Shown one piece after another: positions 59,307 through 64,000 of a stretch of 64,000 nt of DNA. The notes under the pieces were generated by a model. That model did not search any database, was not told the DNA's origin, and saw nothing but the letters and a program-made list of their open reading frames with translations. The stretch's first letter is position 1. Each line of letters starts with the position of its first letter. A program made the position numbers and the translations under genes. Source of the stretch: a virus (Duplodnaviria; Caudoviricetes); the IMG/VR virus record IMGVR_UViG_3300042386_001493, positions 1 through 64,000 of that record; one strand, written 5' to 3'.

Positions 59307-59903
59307 ATGATCAATAAAAAATCTATAATCCCGTCTGGATATTATGGCAACTCTAAAGAAAATATAGTAATTATTAATAATTTTATATCTCATGATGATA
59401 TAAAAAAAATAAAAATATTTTGCTCAGAATTAAATACCTTTATGTCTATTCCTGGAGACAATTGGGATAATCGTGTTTGCAATAACTCAATCCTTAAAGA
59501 AATTGCTCCTGATATTGAACAAATATTATCTACTTATCAAAAAAAACATAAAAAAATTATAGAAGATTTTTTTAGTATTGAATTAAAAGATAATGTGCCA
59601 AGCGTTGTTATATGGAGACAGGGTGATCTTCAACCACCACATGCAGATAAAGAAAATCTTGATGGAAGCCCAAACCTATATCCTGAAAACGACATTGCTT
59701 CCTTGTTCTATCTTAATAATGAGTATATTGGCGGAGAAATTTATTTTCCAACACAAGGATTACAATTTAAATTAAATGCTGGAGATGCGGTATTTTTTCC
59801 AGGAGATGTTAACTATCAACATGGTGTTACTGAGGTAACTGAAGGAAAAAGATTTACCTGTCCAGCATTTTGGAATGTTATAAAAAATAATAAAAATATT
59901 TAA
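59307..59903 (+). CDS. 2OG-Fe(II) oxygenase, prolyl-4-hydroxylase-like
   Basis: HAD..YLNNEYIGGE..HGV..GKRF; leaderless-type start. Confidence 0.9.
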   Translation: MINKKSIIPSGYYGNSKENIVIINNFISHDDIKKIKIFCSELNTFMSIPGDNWDNRVCNNSILKEIAPDIEQILSTYQKKHKKIIEDFFSIELKDNVPSVVIWRQGDLQPPHADKENLDGSPNLYPENDIASLFYLNNEYIGGEIYFPTQGLQFKLNAGDAVFFPGDVNYQHGVTEVTEGKRFTCPAFWNVIKNNKNI

Positions 59904-59915
59904 TATTTTATTAAA

Positions 59916-60149
59916 TTATTCTGGTAGTGTAAAAGTATCTGTTTCTGAATTATAAATAACTCCTGCTTGAACAATTCCACCTTCTATAGCAGTTTGACCA
60001 GTAACATCTTTAATTATAGGATTACTCATCATCATTGCATAAAATTTTTCACTTGCTGTAATTACCTGAACAACCTCATTGTCAATTATTAAAGCAATAT
60101 AAAACAAGTTATCTGGCAATGCTGGAACTTCACTATCTTCTATAGCCAT
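59916..60149 (-). CDS. Small acidic protein, possible fibre-associated chaperone
   Basis: ALIIDNEVVQVI...GVIYNSETDTF pattern reminiscent of small genes that follow fibre genes. Confidence 0.55.
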   Translation of the reverse strand: MAIEDSEVPALPDNLFYIALIIDNEVVQVITASEKFYAMMMSNPIIKDVTGQTAIEGGIVQAGVIYNSETDTFTLPE

Positions 60150-60172
60150 TTTTTCTCTTTTCTGTTATATTA

Positions 60173-60181
60173 ATTATAGCA
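60173..60181 (-). promoter_or_regulatory. Extended -10 TGCTATAAT
   Basis: Before 60149. Confidence 0.65.
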
Positions 60182-60198
60182 CTTATGACGCAAAGGCT

Positions 60199-60432
60199 TT
60201 ACCATTTTCCAATCGGACATTTTGAAGCCTCTAGTCTTGTTTTTATTTCCATAAAACAGCCACATTTTTTACATGTTTTTGTTAATTGTATTAATTCTGG
60301 GCAAGATATGCATATGTCTAACCTTTTATTTTTAATTTCAATATCAACCGACTTTGTATTTGGATTTAACAAGTCAAAAGGCGTAGTTCCATATTTTTCT
60401 TTATATTGTTGCCATTTATTTTTTTCTGACAT
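60199..60432 (-). CDS. Cys-rich small protein (DUF6171-like)
   Basis: RLDICISC...CKKCGC...CPIGKW. Confidence 0.7.
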   Translation of the reverse strand: MSEKNKWQQYKEKYGTTPFDLLNPNTKSVDIEIKNKRLDICISCPELIQLTKTCKKCGCFMEIKTRLEASKCPIGKW

Positions 60433-60450
60433 TTTTCCCCCTTTATTTTA

Positions 60451-61050
60451 TTACAAACAGAATAGGAACGTTGTACTTGTACAGACACATTGATAATCAG
60501 ATGAACCGCTAGTGTATACTCCGTCAAAGTAACAATTTCCAAATACATTCAAGCATCCGCCTCCAGCAATAGCACATGGTTGTGGAGAAGGTGGTGGGAA
60601 TGGTGGTGGGAATGGTGGTGGGAATGGTGGTGGGAATGGAGGTGGGAATGGAGGTGGGAATGGAGGTGGTGCTGGGAATGGCGGTGGGAATGGTGGTGGG
60701 AATGAAGGTCCAAATGATGGTGGGAATGAAGGTGCTGGTGCTGCTGGTGTAACTGAACTAGTAGGTGATGAAAAATCAGAGTCTAAAATAGTATTATTTA
60801 ACTTTACTGTAAATGTATATGCAGTTCCATTTGATAATCCAGTTACTACTATTGGTGAACTAGATCCAGTTTGTGAAATTGAACTAGGTGATGAAACAAC
60901 TGTATAAGTTAAAGAAGAATCTGGTTTACCTAAATATGTTGGTACTGTAAATGTTACAGACGCTTGACCGTTACCAGCGGTTGCAGTTCCAATTGTTGGT
61001 GTTCCTGGTGTACGACCAGCAGAAGATAATACGGGTCCTAGTCTTGACAT
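60451..61050 (-). CDS. FN3 domain + polyproline (PPPF)n stalk + six-Cys tip protein
   Basis: PGTPTIGTATAG..VTGLSNGTAYTFTV FN3 signature; start MSRLG at 61050 overlaps the upstream TAA. Confidence 0.85.
   Translation of the reverse strand: MSRLGPVLSSAGRTPGTPTIGTATAGNGQASVTFTVPTYLGKPDSSLTYTVVSSPSSISQTGSSSPIVVTGLSNGTAYTFTVKLNNTILDSDFSSPTSSVTPAAPAPSFPPSFGPSFPPPFPPPFPAPPPFPPPFPPPFPPPFPPPFPPPFPPPSPQPCAIAGGGCLNVFGNCYFDGVYTSGSSDYQCVCTSTTFLFCL
60590..60730 (-). repeat. 12-nt coding tandem repeat encoding PPPF/PPSF
   Basis: GG(T/A)GGTGGGAAT units on the + strand, six consecutive plus degenerate copies. Confidence 0.95.
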
Positions 61051-61778
61051 TATGCAACTAAGTCTCCAAGAACAACCCAAGAGTCAGTAGCACGTTTAAT
61101 ACATACGGCAGATGACCATTGTGCTCTTAATTTTAATCCTGGAGTTCCGTCTACAGTTGTAGTTCCTGGAGTAGTTGCTGCAATAGTTACCTGTCCCGTG
61201 CCTGTTTGTAAAATTGTAATTTGTGCACCTGTTGCAAATGCTTGGTTGGCGTTTGTTGGAATTGACAAGGTAACTGCAGAAGCACTTGACACCTCAACCA
61301 TTTTTCCATTATCGGCAAGAACAAGTTCATAAGCAACTGTTTGTGGGTTAATTGAAAGATTTATAACTGGAGCAGTTAAAGTTTTATTGGTTAGTGTTGC
61401 GCTATTAGTAAGTGTAACATCTGGTGTTGTCCAGGCTAGTCCTGATGCCGTTGCAGAGTTGGCTGTTAAAACGGTTCCATTACTTCCAACAGATAAAATA
61501 GATAATGTGTCATTTGCTGAAGCAGAAAGTAGGTCACCTTTTGCTGCAAAATCTGTTTTTAATAGTGCAGTTGAAAGATCAATTGCAGTTATTTGAGTTT
61601 GTAAACTATTAAGTGTATAAGCAATAGATGGACTTACAAGGTTTGCTGCATTAGAGTTTGCCGAATTATAATTTTCGTCTCCATAGTGATATAAACGAAA
61701 TGCTGCCTGTATGTCGGCAGGATCTGATAATCCTGGAATTTTAGTTGGTATTAACGTACCTATTGATTCTGCTGCCAT
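61050..61778 (-). CDS. Short fibre/adaptor protein
   Basis: AKGDLL and TLTNKTLT motifs; C-terminal ...WVVLGDLVA domain paralogous to that of 49412-51664. Confidence 0.75.
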   Translation of the reverse strand: MAAESIGTLIPTKIPGLSDPADIQAAFRLYHYGDENYNSANSNAANLVSPSIAYTLNSLQTQITAIDLSTALLKTDFAAKGDLLSASANDTLSILSVGSNGTVLTANSATASGLAWTTPDVTLTNSATLTNKTLTAPVINLSINPQTVAYELVLADNGKMVEVSSASAVTLSIPTNANQAFATGAQITILQTGTGQVTIAATTPGTTTVDGTPGLKLRAQWSSAVCIKRATDSWVVLGDLVA

Positions 61779-61794
61779 ATATCACCTCATTAGA

Positions 61795-61803
61795 ATTATA
61801 TCA
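61795..61803 (-). promoter_or_regulatory. Extended -10 TGATATAAT
   Basis: Before 61778. Confidence 0.7.
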
Positions 61804-61815
61804 TAAAGATATAGA

Positions 61816-62406
61816 CTAAGACTCCTCATCTTCTAAAATTGTTATAAATAAATGTGTTGTTACTTGCCCCTCTAAAACCGCCCAATCTCCATATGGGCCA
61901 GAATCTACATCTGTTCTATGCTCAACTGCTTTAAAGTTTATAACTAAATTTTGATTGTTTCCAGCAAGAGCGGGTATGCTCATAGAGGCTGCAATTGGAT
62001 TATCATTTACAATACTAAATTGAACACTAAAGTTACTAGAAGTTAGTGATGTTAAAGAGGTAATATTTGAAATAGGAATCACAATTTGTGCAATTCCATT
62101 GGTGTAGGTTGTTGTGTGATTAACTGAATAAATTGTTGGATTTAACTCTAGCACCTCAATCCAGGTATTTGCTCCAGGTTGAGATACGTATTGATATAGA
62201 TATCCATAATCTGTACCTGGAGAGGTATTAATATATAGATCATTAAGAAGTGGGGTTTGACCAACTCCCTCTGTATTTGGATTTCCTGCGCCAACAAAAA
62301 CTTGACTTCCACGAGTTCCTGTTGGTCCAATATCTACTAAAAGTTCTACAACTTCTGGGGGACCAAGAACTGTAATGTCATCGTTGTCTAATAAAACATC
62401 AGGCAT
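61816..62406 (-). CDS. Virion-module hypothetical protein
   Basis: GPTGTRGS..G.GNP..NDLYIN motif typical of fibre-associated proteins. Confidence 0.6.
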   Translation of the reverse strand: MPDVLLDNDDITVLGPPEVVELLVDIGPTGTRGSQVFVGAGNPNTEGVGQTPLLNDLYINTSPGTDYGYLYQYVSQPGANTWIEVLELNPTIYSVNHTTTYTNGIAQIVIPISNITSLTSLTSSNFSVQFSIVNDNPIAASMSIPALAGNNQNLVINFKAVEHRTDVDSGPYGDWAVLEGQVTTHLFITILEDEES

Positions 62407-62747
62407 TATACTGCACCTGTTACGTCATCTACTACTGATACTTCTCCTGTAAGAAGTGTATAAATTTGTGTTCCGTCTGTAATCTGAACATCATAAACAT
62501 AAGTAGCAGCAGCAAGAGTTCTACCAACTGCTGGTGTTATTGTACATGTAACAATATCTGTTGTTGCATTCACTACTGCAGAGGCAACGGTCTGTACTCC
62601 AGCAGAACCTCTTACGGTTGAAATTGTAAAAGCAGCGCTATAACCTGCTAAATCAAAAGTCCCGCCATTTGCTGTCTTTGGACGAATTACAAATTGAGAT
62701 GTGTCACCACGGTAATACAAAAAGTTATAAAATCCTGGAAATGCCAT
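62406..62747 (-). CDS. BppU-N-like domain protein
   Basis: YRGDT..FDLAGY..YVYDVQI..LLTG.V.V.DDVT. Confidence 0.6.
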   Translation of the reverse strand: MAFPGFYNFLYYRGDTSQFVIRPKTANGGTFDLAGYSAAFTISTVRGSAGVQTVASAVVNATTDIVTCTITPAVGRTLAAATYVYDVQITDGTQIYTLLTGEVSVVDDVTGAV

Positions 62748-62762
62748 TATTCCTCCTAACTT

Positions 62763-62771
62763 ATTATACCA
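62763..62771 (-). promoter_or_regulatory. Extended -10 TGGTATAAT
   Basis: Before 62747. Confidence 0.7.
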
Positions 62772-62793
62772 TTAAGAATTAACTCTGGTAGAA

Positions 62794-62880
62794 TTATTTT
62801 TTTACTTTAAATACTTTTTTACCAATTTTAATAATTGGTGGAAGATTATCCTTTTTCGCTGATATTTTTACTATTGGCAT
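62794..62880 (-). CDS. 28-aa basic micro-protein (MPIVKISAKKDNLPPIIKIGKKVFKVKK)
   Basis: ATG overlaps the upstream stop (TAATG); fills an otherwise empty gap. Confidence 0.5.
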   Translation of the reverse strand: MPIVKISAKKDNLPPIIKIGKKVFKVKK

Positions 62881-63281
62881 TATAGACCTGGAGTTACATC
62901 ACCTAGCACGCATATGGTTCCAATTACTGGAGTCCATACTGTGTCTGCGTTTGCACCGCTACCGCCTTCAATTATTACTTGTAAATCAAACTGTAGTTCG
63001 GCAACAATTGAGCGGTATTTAGTACCACCCCAATTTTCAGTAATGTTTGCTGGAGCAAAAATTTCAACATACCCATTACCATCGGTAGTAATAAGTTCAT
63101 CTAAAACATCTCCATTGGAATCATAAGATGTAGCGCTATATGTCCAGTCTGAGGTGTCGTATGGTGTGGTTTCGTCATCTTCAAAAAACTCTACCTTTAG
63201 GGTTGCACTATCTCCACGGACTACTGTCCACTGTATGTTGGCTGGTGTTGCGCCATATTTTTCAATTGTAGATACGCACAT
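62880..63281 (-). CDS. BppU-N-like domain protein
   Basis: VRGDS..FDLQV..WTPVIGTICVLGDVT. Confidence 0.6.
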   Translation of the reverse strand: MCVSTIEKYGATPANIQWTVVRGDSATLKVEFFEDDETTPYDTSDWTYSATSYDSNGDVLDELITTDGNGYVEIFAPANITENWGGTKYRSIVAELQFDLQVIIEGGSGANADTVWTPVIGTICVLGDVTPGL

Positions 63282-63289
63282 AATATTTG

Positions 63290-63298
63290 ATTATACCA
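63290..63298 (-). promoter_or_regulatory. Extended -10 TGGTATAAT
   Basis: 8 nt before ATG 63281, no SD. Confidence 0.7.
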
Positions 63299-63299
63299 T

Positions 63300-63356
63300 A
63301 AAATATGCTAACCCCTAGGCGCAGTGGGGGGGGTGGGGGCAACCTAGGGGCAGCAC
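63300..63356 (-). ncRNA. Candidate small hairpin RNA (or terminator) with C-rich loop
   Basis: TGCTGCCCCTAGG-[TTGCCCCCACCCCCCCCACTGCG]-CCTAGGGGTTAGCA then TATTTT; preceded by TGTTATAAT at 63361-63369. Confidence 0.4.
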
Positions 63357-63553
63357 TAAAATTATAACATTATATATTAATAGACATTATATTTGTAACA
63401 AAACGTTATAAACCAGATATATAAAAATTGTTATTGAACCGTTATAAAGGTTTGGCATAAAGTTCGAAAAATCCAGGAGTTATGGTGTATACTTAAAATA
63501 TATAAAGAAAAGAATATACTGTAAATAGGTTTTTAAGATATCTTTATATATAG

Positions 63554-63778
63554 TTACTTAGAATGATCTTTTAAATGTTCGATCATTAAGTCAAAAATTT
63601 TTTCAGTCTTCTCTTCTAATCTTGTAATTTGGTCCTTCATCGAGGATCCATTATTGGGCTTCATTTCGTAAACAATATCTTCTACGTATTTTTTAACAAT
63701 CCATCTTACGCCCATTCCAACAATTGCAAGTATGGACAATAAAGTTAAAATCATTCCTGCCCAGTCTTGAGTTGTCAT
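63554..63778 (-). CDS. Small membrane protein (holin-like)
   Basis: One N-terminal transmembrane helix, then PNNGSSMKDQITRLE coiled coil typical of actinophage membrane proteins. Confidence 0.6.
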   Translation of the reverse strand: MTTQDWAGMILTLLSILAIVGMGVRWIVKKYVEDIVYEMKPNNGSSMKDQITRLEEKTEKIFDLMIEHLKDHSK

Positions 63779-63785
63779 GAATCCA

Positions 63786-63794
63786 ATTATAACA
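63786..63794 (-). promoter_or_regulatory. Extended -10 TGTTATAAT, leaderless spacing
   Basis: 7 nt before ATG 63778. Confidence 0.7.
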
Positions 63795-64000
63795 TTATTT
63801 ATTTTAAATTTCGGCGGGAATTAACGAAGCCGAAAAATAGAGATAACAAACCTTCCACCACCTAATATGTATGACACATACACTATGGTGTAATATATGT
63901 CAAACCTTCTATGCGGCTATATGCTCTATATGAGGTTTGTTATTTAAAGTGTTTATTGACCAGAGAAACGATAATTGTTATACCTGCCAAAATTGCAAGA

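Noticed and set aside
1-64000. tRNA genes, integrase/att sites, alternative genetic code
   Set aside because: No cloverleaf or recombinase recognised; genes are intact and densely packed under the standard code

Overview
This window is part of a tailed-phage genome with a siphovirus-type long non-contractile tail. It is AT-rich, almost all genes are on the minus strand, and gene content and order resemble uncultured freshwater phages attributed to Actinobacteria (host is inferred). In transcription order (right to left) it carries: (i) a fibre/appendage region with two parallel cassettes, each an adaptor gene, a TAATG-coupled cargo gene and modification enzymes. One cargo is an FN3-(PPPF)n-Cys6 protein beside four prolyl-hydroxylase-like 2OG-Fe(II) oxygenases. 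The other is a 1721-aa protein of exactly 5 x 7 near-identical 40-aa blades beside a sulfotransferase and glycosyltransferases. (ii) A class II ribonucleotide reductase. (iii) Portal, protease/scaffold, capsid, neck and tail tube genes, a duplicated tail-chaperone pair, a 2556-aa tape measure with an internal hydrophilic insert, and tail-tip genes. (iv) A replication module: DnaB, primase, SSB, DnaE, RecA and a resolvase-like nuclease. More than 20 extended -10 (TGnTATAAT-like) elements sit just upstream of genes, several at leaderless spacing. No tRNA, CRISPR array, integrase, terminase or reverse transcriptase was recognised. All family assignments come from motif reading, not database searches.
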